From the NCBI RefSeq assembly GCF_963921235.1, contig NC_086108.1, positions 113,772,001-113,836,000 of the forward strand: 64,000 nucleotides of DNA, in the 5' to 3' direction. The notes under the pieces were generated by a model, which saw only the letters and a program-made list of their open reading frames with translations, ran no database searches and had not been told where the DNA came from. This DNA comes from Mobula hypostoma. Taxonomy: Eukaryota. Shown piece by piece: positions 49,328-61,249 of this stretch. The position numbers and the translations under genes were made by a program. The stretch's first letter is position 1, and the number at the start of each line of letters is the position of its first letter.

Positions 49328-52300
49328 TTTTAGATTTTTTTTTAGATTAGATTATGAAGACACATAGTCCCCTTTTATTGTCATTTAGTAATGCATGCAT
49401 TAAGAAAAGATACATTATTTCCTCTGGTGTGATATCACAAAAACACAGGACAAACCAAGACTGAAAAACTGACAAAACCACATTCAAGATTCAAAGATTC
49501 AAGATTCAAAAAACTTTATTGTCATTCTAACCATACATCAGCTCTGCAGGGCAGAATGAGACAGCGTTTCTCAGGGGCAGTGCAATCATAACATAACAAA
49601 CGCAACACTAAATAATAAACATAACAATAAATAGTAAAACACAACAGCCACATGTCAGTTAAATCAGTTATAAGTGTCCAGTGCAAGTTAAAAGTGTCCG
49701 AAGCAGAGTCAGGTGGAGCAGCTATTTAGCAGTCTGACTGCCTGTGGGAGGAAGCTGTTTAGTAGCCTTGTGGTTTTAGTTTTGATGCTCCTGTAACATT
49801 TGCCTGATGGCAGAAGAACAAATAGTTCATGGAGAGGGTGTGAGGGGTCTTTAATGATGTACCGTGTCTTCTGGAGGCATCGACTCTGAAAGAGGTCTTG
49901 GACAGAAGGTAGGGAGACCCCAATAATCTTCTCTGCTCCCCTAACCACCCTCTGCAAGGCTTTCTTGTCGACAGCACTGCAGCTGGAGTACCAGGTTGTG
50001 ATGCAAAAGGTCAGCACACTCTCAACCACGCCTCTGTAGAATGTAGTTAAGATGTTAGTGGGGAGTGATGCCTGTTTAAGCTTCCTCAGAAAGTGCAATC
50101 TCTGTTGGACCCGTTTCACAATCCCAGTGGTGTTCCTGGACCAGGTGAGATTGTCGGAGATCTGCACCCCAAGGAACTTGATGTTTTCCACTCTCTCCAC
50201 TGAGGAGCCGCTGTGCTGAGGGGTGTGTGCTCAGGCTGAGACCATCCGAAATTGACGATCATCTCCTTGGTTTTGGTGACATTAAGCATCAAGTTGTTAT
50301 CCCTGCACCAGCTCTCTAGGTGTTGGACCTCCTCCCTGTACATAGTTTCATCATTTTTGCTGATGAGCCCCACCACTGTGGTATCATCTACAAATTTAAT
50401 GAACAGGTTCTCCTTGAATCTGGCTGCACAGTTATGTGTTAGCAGTGTAAACAGCAATGGGCTAAGCACACAGCCTTGTGGGGATCCAGTGCTCAGTGTG
50501 ATGGAGTCAGAGATGTTCCTGCCAACACGGACTGACTGTGGTCTCTCTGTCAAGAAATCCAGAATCCAGTGACACATGGCAGTGCTAAGGCCAAGCAGCG
50601 ACGGTTTCTCCACTAGCCTCTGCGGGATGATGGTATTGAACGCTGAACTGAAATCAATGTACAAGATTCTGGCATAAGTGCCTTTGTTGTCCAAGTGAGA
50701 GAGAACTGTGTGCAGTGTGGTGGATACTGTGTCCTCCGTTGAGCGAATTGGACGATAAGCAAACTGTAGAGGATCCGGCGATGAGGGGAGGCTGGCTGTG
50801 ATATGAGGCTTGACAAGCTGTTCAAAACATTTCATCACTGTGGGTGTCAGGGCAACGGGACGGTAATCATTCAGACAGGCTACAACTGATTTCTTTGCTA
50901 CAGGGATGATTGTGGAGGTTTTGAAGCATCTGGGGACAATGGCTTGACTAAGGGAGATGTTGAAAATGTCTGTCAGGACATCTGCTAATACATCAGCACA
51001 TTCCTTGAGCACACGTCCAGGGATGTTGTCGGGACCTCCCGCTTTTTGTGGGTTGACCCTGGCAAGGGTCCTCCGTGTTTGCTCTGGATCAATGATTGGA
51101 GCCAGCTGGTCAGATGGTAGAAAGGGACTGGCTCTCCCCCTTGCTGTAGTGTTTGATGCTTCGAAGCGGGCAAAGAAATTGTTAAGCCTGTCTGGTAGAA
51201 AGGTGTCGCTGTCATCAGATTTCTGCCTGATCTTGTAGTCTGTCAGAGCTTTAATTCCCTGCCACATTCGTCTGGTGTCACCTGTGTCACAGAAGTGTCC
51301 ATGTATTTTGCCTACGTAGACCCTTTTCACTTTCCTGATCCCTAGTGAAAGCACAGACCTGGCTAAGCGAAGCGTACTCCTGTCCCCCGATCTGTAGGCT
51401 GTGTCACGGGCCTTCAGTAGTGACCGCACCTCTGTTGTCATCCATGGCTTTTTATAACCACGTGCGGTGAAGGTTTTCATCACAGTGACACCCTCTGTGC
51501 ATTTGGCTATGTAGCTGATTGCTGCCTCCGCATACTCCTCAATGTCGGTATGGTCGTCATAGGAGGCTGCTGTTTTGAATATGTCCCAGTCTGTGTGCAA
51601 AAAACAGTCTTGTAGTGTTGAGGCTGCTCCTTTTGACCAGACCCTTATCTCTCTTTTCTCTGCTCTCACACGTTTAAGCAGTGGTTTATATGCTGGTGTT
51701 AGCATGACACATATGTGGTCAGAGTGGCCAAGATGGGGGCGGGGGGCTGCTTTGTATGCCTGTGGTGTGTTGGTATAGACCAAGTCCAGTGTGTTGTCTC
51801 CCCTGGTTTTAACATTCACATATTGCTGGAATTTGGGGAACACAGTCTTTAAGCTGGTGTGGTTAAAGTCCCCAGCAATCACCACAAAGCTGTCAGGATG
51901 TGTAGTCAGTAGCTCACTGATGGCTTCATGTAGGCCTCCCAGTGCTTCGTTAGCATTAGCCTTAGCATTGGCACTGGGAGCTACGTAAACAGCTGCCACA
52001 AACATGATGGTGAATTCCCTCGGCAGATAGAACGGCCAGCATTTTACAATGAGAAATTCAGCCAGTGGTGAGTAGTTTTTAGCAGCTACTGTAGCATTCA
52101 CACACCAATCTTTGTTTATATAAACACACAGACCTCCTCCTCGGCTCTTACTGGAGCTAGCTGCCTCTCTGTCTGCACGAAACGATGTCATTCCCTCTTG
52201 CTGTATCGCCGCGTCCGGTATGTTGTCATGGAGCCAGGATTCCATTAAGACATACACACAGCAGTCTTTAAATTAATTATACATATAGTTACAACAGTGC

Positions 52301-52745
52301 ACAATACCATAACTTGATGAGGAAGTCCATGAGCACAGTAAAAGTTCAAAGTTTCTCAAATGTCCCACATCTCACGCGGACGGGAGAGGGAAGAAAAACT
52401 CTCCCTGCCATGCCGACCACAATCCGACTCTGAGTCATCTGAAAATTTCGAACCTCCGATCAACTCTCCGACACCGGGTACTGAGCGCCATCTCTGTCCG
52501 AGCGATTCGACCTCTTTCTCGGTCGCCAAAGGCAGGCAAGGCCAGGGATTTTGAGGCCTACCCTCCGAAAGATTCCCGACCACACAGTAACGACAGCAGC
52601 GGACGGGCGTTTCAGACATTTCTCCAGATGTTCCCCTGTGCTTTCACGTCTATCTCCATCAAATCAGAAATTGTCCACGGCCCCTATTTAACAGATACGA
52701 CATCATCTTTCACCAGAGAGCTGCGCATCTTCTCCTCTCGTTCTG
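49328..52745 (-). mobile_element. Non-autonomous LINE-derived element inserted in Gypsy B gag and itself split by a Rex1 LINE
   Basis: The gag frame reads ERCQ|FGASLSDALR across it. 5' part 52275-52745, 3' part 49328-49483. Similar to 35240-35880. Confidence 0.65.
49484..52270 (-). mobile_element. Rex1/Babar LINE with a nearly intact EN-RT ORF (one frameshift)
   Basis: 713-aa ORF 50116..52257 ('GGGLCVY', 'AGDFNH', 'SDHI', 'YRPVALT', 'PQGCVLSPLLF', 'KFVDDT') plus 49709..50200, and a (tcttgaa)n tail. Confidence 0.9.
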
Positions 52746-53467
52746 ACAACGTTCTGATAATTCGCGCAATTCAGCACAATATTCAGAAATGCTTTCATTT
52801 TTGCTCTGATTCCATTTATGGAATTTAAATCTTTCAGCAATGACCAGCAGTGTGGGGTTTAAATGCTGTTGGAGAGTGTCTACTATTTGCTTGAAAGTTT
52901 TGTCAGCTGTCTTTTCGGGGGTTAACAAGCTCCGTATTGGAGTGTATGTTTTCGCGCCCATTACACTAAGTAAGACGCTGGCTTTCTTTTCTGCATTAAC
53001 ATTGTTAGCATCACAATATAACTCTATTCTTTCAATATAAGTTGCCCAGTCTCCAATGCCACTATCAAATGCTGTAATGGTTCCAATTAACGCCATCCTT
53101 GTTGTGTTAAATTATCCTTGTTATGTGAATTTAGCCCCGGTCCCTTGTTAATTTAACCCTGGTCCCTTGTTTTGTTTTTGACTCACGTGACCTTTTTGTT
53201 TGCTAGTGTCACAAGCATACTCTGGCTAAATGCGTGTGTCGCTCTTTTTTTTATCTCCCTTCTGAGGCAGGCAGACCCTCAACTGTGGGGTTCAGCGCCA
53301 GCTGTGGTCTCGCCTGGACGCGCCACAGCTCCAACAGTCTTTCGGTCTCCCGACGTTCCCAACTCCGGCTGAACTCCCGCTTCTTTTCAGACTCATGGCC
53401 TCACTCTGCCTCTTCTGAGTGCCATTATCAATTAAGACAGTGTTCCGATACAATGCAGTTTCATTAA

Positions 53468-53478
53468 CCTCGTCGCCA
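53468..53478 (-). promoter_or_regulatory. Primer binding site (tRNA-Ser GCT-like)
   Basis: TGGCGACGAGG, 3 nt from the 5' LTR, complementary to the tRNA-Ser(GCT) 3' end CCTCGTCGCCA. Confidence 0.7.
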
Positions 53479-53481
53479 ATT

Positions 53482-53680
53482 TGTTGTGTATGTGGCCACT
53501 TACACAACAATATCATCAATAAAAAAGCTAGAGACTGGAGCTAAGTTAATAAGGGCTTTTACTTACGGAACCTGAACTGAACACATATATACAGATCAAT
53601 ACGCGCCTAATAGCGCATGCTCAATATGATGTATCAGTACAACATAAAGTAGTCCTATTTTATACAGTAGGTATAGTACA
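53482..53680 (-). repeat. 5' LTR of Gypsy element B
   Basis: Direct repeat of 46418-46617, followed by the PBS. Confidence 0.9.
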
Positions 53681-54929
53681 GCCAGGAACTGGGGTTGAGG
53701 AGATATAAAAAAAGGATCAAAAATGATTGAATGGCAGAGCAAACTCGATGGGCCTGATGGCCTAATTCTGCTCCTATGTCTTATGGTCTTATTAGTTCCA
53801 GGTTCAGTTTTAGCTTTAGTTCTCACAGTGGTCACAGTAATGGCAAAGCTACTTCTGTTAGCTTCAGAACAAAGTTGTGACTTATTTTTATTCACACTTT
53901 TGCTTATTGCAGGTGATGGAGCTTCCTGTATATTCCGAAATACTGGGTCTGTTGCAATCTTTACTTGCCTTTCAATAAAGTTTACAATGCCAGCAAAAGT
54001 AGTCTCACAGTTGTGCCTTTCTTGCAGTTCACAGACCACTGTTCTCCATTTATCCTTAAGCATATAGGGCAATTTCTTTACGACCATCAACATATTGGTA
54101 GGCATGTCCAGCATGTACTGCACTTCTTCCATGGCATTGTAACAGCTTCTAAGAATATTTCAGTGCTTCAATAAAACAAAGTGAGGAACTCTCAGCCAAA
54201 TACCACATGATTGAGCAACAGTCTACAATGGACAGGTGGTGCAGGCCATTCAAACCTGTGTTTAAACTACAAATACACAGCATGGACGAACAAAAGGACA
54301 CAGATCCTACAAGCTGCTCCTGCTTCACCAAAAGGTTCAAGGCAATCTTTTGCCAAAGACTGGTGTTCGTTTGGTATAACCATTTTCTTGTTACTTGAAA
54401 AGAAACCAAAACCACTGACAGACTGAGTATGGGAGCTCCAAGTTGAAAAAAGTACGTTGAATCCTTTATTATGAAACCAGCAAAGATGAACAATCCTGTA
54501 GTGATAAAAAACTATTGAAACTAAACTAGCAATGTAACAAGATAACTAGTGTTCAAATTAGCATAATTAAATATAATTAATTAAGTGTTCCACTAGCAGT
54601 CAACAAAAAAAATCAATCCCAGCTCAATCCTTCTCAACTAGACTAACCAACTAAGACAATGCATGAATACACAACTATACCATGTGCCAACCCACATGAC
54701 AAATTACCCATATAAACACACAACAGACAATACAATACAGAAAAAACATAGATATGTGGCTCCTACAGGCAGCAATCCAAGATATTACTACCCTTGAGTT
54801 CCCGCTTTTCAGCATTCTACCTAGCTTCCTATATTCTCTCTTCAGGACCTAACCCTTCTTGCTATTGACGTAAATAATGCATTTTGGAAGTACTACTGAG
54901 GCTATGACATACCCTGTGAATAGCAGGGC

Positions 54930-56630
54930 CTTATGAGCAAGCCCAAATGTCCATGTAGTTGGCACCACAGGTAGATAACATAATTAAGAATATGGTGTAC
55001 AGGCCTTTGTTGGTCAGAGCATTAATTACAAGACTAGGGAGATTACACTACACCCCAATTTTATAAAACCTTAGCCAAGTACTTTATGTAGTTCTGATAA
55101 GCATACCATTAGTAAGATGTGCTGGTGCTGGAGATGGTGTGCAAGAGATTCACCAGTACTTTGTGTGGGATGGAGTGTTTCAATTCTGAGGAGAAACTAG
55201 AGATGCTAGGTCTATTTTCCCTGGATTGGAGGATTTTAAAAGGTCTCCTAATTGAGGTATATAAAATAATGGGGGTGGAGTGAAGTGATGATGGCGCTAA
55301 ACAACGACTCCTTTGCTTGCATCTTCAGAAACAGCTTTAATTCTATCTTTGATATCTCTTTTTTCCCTTTTCAAGGTTCTTTTGAAGACCCTGACCTGCA
55401 GTTACACTCTGACTTCAGTCCTTTGCAGGAATGGGATCCGCTCTCAGGGCCTCACGACCAGCAGCTTTTTGATATCCCAAGGACGCGGCCTGGAAGACTA
55501 GCGCCCCTTCGGGATGCCAGATTTTCGTGGCTCTGGAGACGGGCTGGTTCAAAGCCCGTGCCGCTGACTGAAGCATCGGGGGAGAACACAGAACACTGGG
55601 AGCAGCGGGTTAGCTGCGTGGGCCATGTGTCCAGAGACCTGAGCCCCGGGGCCGTCTCTCTGGGCACAGAGCTCGGAAAAAGCAATGCAACAGATTTTTA
55701 ACATCATAAATCAGCAATTTCTTTGTTAAATCTCCCTCTTGCTGTGAAACAGCGACACCTTTTTCTCCCTTATTAGGGAGAGAGAGCCTATGGTATGTCG
55801 AATTACCGAGTGAACAAATAGACTTTTACTGCAAGTCTGTGTCTTTAATGATGCTTTACTGCACACTTGAGTGCTCGCTGGGGGGCGCTGACACTTTTTT
55901 GTTGGCATGGAAGGGAGGGGGGAATTGCCTTGCTGCTGCTTGTGTGAGAGAGGGGGAACTGGGAGTGTCTTTGGGGTACTCACGTTTAACTGTCATTCAT
56001 TCTTTGGGGTACTCCTCTGATATTGTGGATGTTTGCTAAGAAAAAGAATTTCTGGATGTATATTGTATATATTTCTCTGACATTAAATGTATCTATTGAA
56101 ACCTATGAATGAGGGATATAAACAGGGTAGACTACAATAAACTTGGAAAGGGTAAGCAGCTTCAAGTTCCTGGTGTATCAAAGTCTCAGAGGATCATTCC
56201 TGGGCCCAGCACTGATGCAATCATGATGAAGGCATGCCAGCAGCTCTAATTCATTAGGAATTTGAGGAGATTTGGTATGTCACCAAAGAACCTAGCAAAT
56301 TTCTACAGATGTAATGTGAAGAGTATTCTGGCTGGTTACATTACGGTCTGGTATTGATGCTCCAAATGACAAGACTGAAAGTGGTTGCAGAGGATTATAT
56401 ACTCAGAAAGCTCGATTACAGAAACGAGCTACCTACCAACAAAGACATCTTCAAATGTTGATGCCTCAGGAAGGCAACATCCATCGTTAAGGACCGTTGT
56501 CATCCAGAGATACCACCATCAGGGAGAAGCCTGACGAACTCATACTCTACATTTTAGGAACAGCTTCTTCCTCTCTGCAGTTAGATTTCTCAACGGTCCA
56601 GAACTCCCTGAACACTACTTCAATATTCTT
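54930..56630 (+). mobile_element. Old CR1 fragment, a non-autonomous LINE-like insert (about 55270-56105) and an old Rex1 fragment
   Basis: Degenerate CR1 and Rex1 nucleotide motifs. The insert has a LINE-like 3' end 'gacattaaatgt'. Confidence 0.5.
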
Positions 56631-56982
56631 TGTAACACATACAAAATGCTGGAGGAACTCAGCAAGCCAAGCAGCACCTATGAAATAAGTACAGTGAACA
56701 TTTTGGGCCGAGACCCTTCATGAGGACTGGAAAGAAAAGATCAGGAGTTAGAATAAGGAAGTGGGGAGATGGGAGGAAGAACTACAAGATGAAAGATGAA
56801 ACCGGTGGGGGAGGGGGCTGAGGGCGAAGTAAGAGGTGGGAAGTTGATTGGAGAAAGATATACAGGGCTGGAGAAGGGGGAATCTGATAGGAGAGGACAG
56901 AAGGCCATGAAAAAAGAAAAGGGGGAGGAGCACCACAGGGAGGGAGGTGATAGGCAGGTAAGGAGATAAGATGAGACGGAAA

Positions 56983-57212
56983 CACGAGGAATTCTGCAGA
57001 TGCTGGAAATCCAAGCAACACACATCAAAGTTGCCGGTGAACGCAGCAGGCCAGCAAGCATCCCCAGGAAGAGGCACAGTTGACGCTTCAGGCCGAGACC
57101 CTTCGTCAGAACTAACTGTTAGTCCCAGTTAGTCCTGATGAAGGGTCTCGGCCTGAAATGTCGACTGTGCCTCTTCCTGGGGATGTTGCCTGGCCTGCTG
57201 CATTCACCGGCA
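56983..57212. mobile_element. Short Penelope-derived foldback element with TSD
   Basis: Inverted arms about 57030-57117 and 57126-57213, flanked by the direct repeat AAGATGAGACGGAAA. Confidence 0.75.
57131..57166 (+). ncRNA. Minimal type I hammerhead ribozyme motif
   Basis: AGTC-CTGATGA-AGG(GTCTCGG)CCT-GAAA-TG-TC-GACT: conserved core, stem I AGUC/GACU, stem II AGG/CCU, vestigial stem III. Confidence 0.7.
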
Positions 57213-58219
57213 AAGATGAGACGGAAATGGGAATGGGGAATAATGAAGGAGGGGCATTACCAGGCCCATTGTTTATGCTTGTTACTGTCCCACTGAATTT
57301 ATATCTACGTACCTCAACTCAATTTTATCCCTCCCCCCCCCCACCGATTCAATCCCTTCCTATCTACATCCATGACACTTCACATGCTCTTAATCTTGAT
57401 ACAGGTGTGACCTCCTGTATACTGGTGATCCAATATACAGATTGGGAGAGGGCTTCGCCAAGCACCTAAGCTCCATCCACCAGAAGAAGTGGGATCTCCC
57501 AGCGGCCACACATTTTAATTCCACTTCCCATTCCAACATATCATTCCATGGCCTCTCCTACAGTTGTGATGAGGCAACACTTGGGTTGGAGGAGCAACAC
57601 CTTATATTTCATCTGGGTAACCTCCAACCTGATGGCATGAACATCGATTTCTCAATCTTCCCGTAATGCTCTCTCCTTCACCATGCCCTCAAATCCTTTC
57701 ATTCCCCGGATCTGGAGTACCTTGTGCTGCTGTGTAGACCTTTCTGGAGGCTTAATGTTTACAGCTGTTTTCATCTCAGCTGTGTATATTCCCCTGCAGG
57801 CTGATACCGACCTGGCTCTCAAGGAACTTTACAAGACCATCAGCATCCAGGAGACTGCTTTCATTGTCACCGGAGACTTTAATCAAGCATTGCTGACTGA
57901 AGTCTCTCCGAAGTTTGATCAACACATCCAGATGAACACATGGGGAGATAGCATACTCAACCACTGCTACTCTCCCTTCTGAAATCTTACAAAGCACTCC
58001 TCCGCCCACTGCTTAGGAAGTCTGAGCTCTCCTCAGTGTGGAGGATCTGAGAGATCTTGCGGTCCACGTCCATAGGACACTCAAAGCTGCTGCACAGGTT
58101 GACAGTGTTGTTAAGAAGGCATACGGTGTGTTGACATTCATCAACCATGGGATTGAGTTCAAGAGCCGTGAGGTAATGTTACGGCTACATAAGAAGTTGG
58201 TCAGACCCCATTTGCAGTA

Positions 58220-61147
58220 CAGGTTTCCTCCGCCATCCGAAAGTAAAGCGTTCCTATGAAACGGTTCGTAAGCCAGAATATTGTAAACTGAAGAAGCAAT
58301 TACCATTTATTTATATGGGAAAAATTTGTGATCGTTCGCAGACCCAAATATAACCTACCAAATCATGCCAAACAACACATAAACCCTAAAATAACAGTAA
58401 CATATAGTAAAAGCAGGAATGATATGATAAATACACAGTTTCTACAATCATTGCCGCACTGTTCTCTGTAGCAAAAATCTCCCGCAAGCGCTCTCGGCAG
58501 AAACACTCTCTCCAGTAACCGTTAAGCTATGAAGCTGCCAAATCATACCAAATAATGCATAAAAATACACAGCCTATATAAAGTAGAAATAATGTATGTA
58601 CAGTGTAGTATCACCTACTGGAATTGGGAAGACAGCACCGAGCACACTGATGATGGTGTAAACACAAAATACTCTGCAGATGCTGGGGTCAAAGCAACAC
58701 TCACAACATGCTGGAGGAACTCAGCAGGTTGGGCAGTATCCGTGGAAAAGATCAGTCAATGTTTCGGGCTGGAACCCTTTGTCAGGACTGAAGAGGGAAG
58801 GGGTAGAGGCCCTATAAAGAAGGTGGGGGGAGGGTGGGAAGGAGAAGGCTGGTAGGTTCCAGGTGAAAGAAGGAATAGGGGAAAACACAACAGGTAGTAA
58901 AAGGAGGCAGAACCATGAGGGAGGTGATAGGCAGCTGGGGAAGGGGGCAGAGAGAGATAAATATAGGCGAAGGGAGGGGGAGGGAATTACCGGAATTTGG
59001 AGAATTCAATGTTCATACCAAGGGGCTGGAGACTACCCAGACGGTATATGAGCTGTTGCTTCTCCAACCTGAGTTTAGCCTCATCGTGGCAGTAGAGAAG
59101 GCCATGTATAGATATCTCCGAATGGGAATCGGAAGCAGAGTTGAAGTGGGTGGCATCCGGGAGATCCTGTCTGTTGTGACGGACAGAGCAGAGGTGCTCG
59201 ACAAAGTGGTCCCCCAATCTGCGTTGGGTTTCACCAATGTAGAGGAGGCCGCACCAGGAGCACCGGATGCAATAGGTGACCCGAACAGACTCACAAATGA
59301 AGTGTTGCGTCACTTGGAAGGACTGTTTGGGGCCCTGAATGGTGGCAAGAGAGGAGGTGTAGGGACAGGTGTAGCACTTGTGCTTACAGGGATAAGTGAC
59401 GGGTGGGAGATCTGTGGGGAGGGACGTGTGGATTAGGAAGTCATGGAGGGACTGATCCCTGCGGAAAGCAGAGAGGGGTGGAGAGGGAAAGATATGCTTA
59501 GCAGTGGGGTCCTGTTGAAGGTGGCGGAAGTTGCGGAGGATAATGTGCTGGATCCGGATGCTGGTGGGGTGGTAGGTGAGGACAATGGGAACTCTGTCCC
59601 TGTTGTGGTGGCGGGAGGATGGGTTGAGGGCCGAAGTGCGGGAAATGAAGGAGATGCGGGTGAGGGCATCATTGATGACCGCAGAAGGGAAACCACGATC
59701 CTTAAAGAAGGACATTTGAGATGTCCTGGAATGGAAAGCCTCATCCTGGGAGCAGATGCGACAGAGACGGAGGAACTGGGAATAGGGAATGGCATTTTTG
59801 CATGTGACAGGGTGGGAAGAGGTACAGTTGAGGTAGTTATGAGAGTCAGTGGGCTTGTAGAAGATGTCAGTGGACAGTCTGTCTCCAGAGATGGAGACTG
59901 AGAGATTGAGAAAGGGGAGAGAAGTGTCCGAGATAGACCAAGTGAATTTGAGGGCTGGGTGGAAGTTAGAAGTAAAGTCGATCAAATTGACGAGCACAGC
60001 TGTGTGTTAGGCTGAGTCATCGGAAGTTGGGGTGGTGCAGCAGTCCCAACTTCCGGGCCGTCGACCGATACCGATCCGCGAAGCATGCAGCGGTACAGCA
60101 GTAGCCGGGATGCACCCAACACATCTTTAAGAAAAAAGCCGAAATTACAAGGTAATTAATTAGGTGCCGCCCGGCATGTAAACGTCGGCCCAGATCAGAG
60201 GCGAGTCACGATTGCGTCGCCTCTGATCTACCCCGACATTTACGTGCCGGGCGGCACCTAATTAAATAGCTTGTTTATTTCAGCTTTTTCCTTAAAGATG
60301 TGCTGGGTGCGTCTCCGCTACCGCTGCATTTTCTGCGGCAATGTATCGGTCTGCGGCCCAGGGGTTGGGGTGGTGGGACACTGGGGTGCCATCTCATCAT
60401 CGTCTGTTTCCATCAGGGCAGGGAAATCATCTTCTTCTATGTCTGCCTGCCTCAATGTTGAAGGTCAAGGTTCGTCGTCTGATGTGGAAGGCTTGAAAAA
60501 CAACAGTATGCTTGACTGCTTAGCCTCGTGCATTTTTCTATCATACAGTTCTTTGTAAGCACTCAAACCATCCTGCAAATATACCCTAAACCGACGTACC
60601 CTTCCAAAATTAAAGTCATACTTTTCTGCAATCATTGCAGCGAAAATCTCACGCAGTTGCTTCACGTTCAGTTCCTGGACGACTTCACTTTCAGTCCGTT
60701 CGCTACTGCATTCGGTTTCGATTGTTATCCTTTCCTCTTCCAATTGCATCAGCTCTTCATCTATCAGTTCTTGGTCATGGGATGCCAAAACCTCTTCAAC
60801 ATCGTCTTCATCAACTTCCACAAGCCAAACTTTGTCCTTACTTCGTTCAGCAAGATCAAAACTCTTAATTATGTCTAGCTTTACGCTAAGTGTAACGCCC
60901 TTACGAGCTCTTTTAGGCTTTTCTGATACCTTAGAACTCATCCTGCAAACGGCTGCTCACAGGCACGTGTTTAAGCAATGCCGGCTAGAATGCAGTTCCG
61001 GGGGAGGAGCTTGGCTGCTCGGGGCGCGTGCTGCCTTTTTTCGTAACAGTGAAAACACCTTCTGTTAGCAAAAACAGGTAACTAAAGTAGGTCTTCTGTA
61101 ACAGCGAGGTTTCGTAAAGTGAACGTTCGAAAAGTGGGGGACACCTG
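58220..61147 (-). mobile_element. Internally deleted Tigger (pogo) DNA transposon
   Basis: CAGG...CCTG imperfect TIRs, TA TSD, and a 158-aa ORF 60465..60941 with Tigger-like N-terminus ('RKGVTLSVKLDIIK') and C-terminus ('DVEEVLASHDQELIDEELMQLE'). Confidence 0.82.
58659..60002 (-). mobile_element. Penelope-like retroelement, 5'-truncated (RT thumb plus GIY-YIG endonuclease)
   Basis: 336-aa ORF 58987..59997: 'LPFLNL...YKPTDSH.YL...SSHP', 'YCIRCSWCGLLYIGETQRRLGDHFVEH'. Confidence 0.9.
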
Positions 61148-61249
61148 TACTGTGTTCAGTTCTGGCAGTCTCTAGAGTAGGTTACATGGTAGGCACAACA
61201 TTATGGGCCGAAGGGCCTTTAATGTGCTGTAAAGTTCTATGTTCTAATT

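Larger units (their letters stand above)
46418..53680 (-). mobile_element. Gypsy LTR element B: gag-pro retained, pol replaced by captured host mRNA fragments
   Basis: LTRs 53482-53680 and 46418-46617; PBS 53468-53478; PPT AAAAGGGGAGGAG at 46618-46630; TSD GCCGG/GCCAG. gag 'DWATYIERIELY...IAERFKFH', zinc knuckle 'CQNCGKQGH...C', protease 'MELDTGSA'. Only the extreme pol C-terminus ('RYPE...' region about 46785-46835) remains. Confidence 0.9.
45720..53793 (+). mobile_element. CR1 3' fragment interrupted in its 3' UTR by Gypsy element B
   Basis: CR1 coding end 45720-46417. The 3' UTR resumes at 53681 and ends 'gtcttatggtctta'. Confidence 0.8.
33895..54767 (-). mobile_element. Decayed BEL/Pao LTR retrotransposon expanded to about 21 kb by nested insertions
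   Basis: Two diverged LTR copies (about 33950-34258 and about 54430-54767) and a PPT-like GGGGGCTGGGA at 34260-34270. Also gag 'KKLPYMLKDKWR...FIERQVKIATDPVF' (53790-54150), RT remnants (41730-42650), Pao A17 'REILSTVSSIYD' and 'LHHFTDASEDGYG', and integrase 'VDYFGHFEVK', 'EVEAIIDSHPIT...LTPKHLL...RWKQVQY'. Confidence 0.85.
56633..57680. mobile_element. Penelope-like element remnants with a nested hairpin insert
   Basis: Terminal repeat 'atgctggaggaactcagc' and a GIY-YIG C-terminal remnant 'HLSSIHQK...ATHFNS...EEQHLIFHLGNLQPDGMNIDFS' at 57442-57666. Confidence 0.7.
58035..61247 (+). mobile_element. CR1 3' fragment interrupted at a TA by a Tigger element
   Basis: 'LVRPHLQY' at 58200 continues as 'CVQFW' at 61150. 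Confidence 0.75.

Noticed and set aside
58915..59901. Plus-strand ORFs of 173 and 152 aa, and similar antisense ORFs over CR1, L1 and Rex1
   Set aside because: They are shadow frames opposite recognisable TE coding sequence, with no independent protein motifs.
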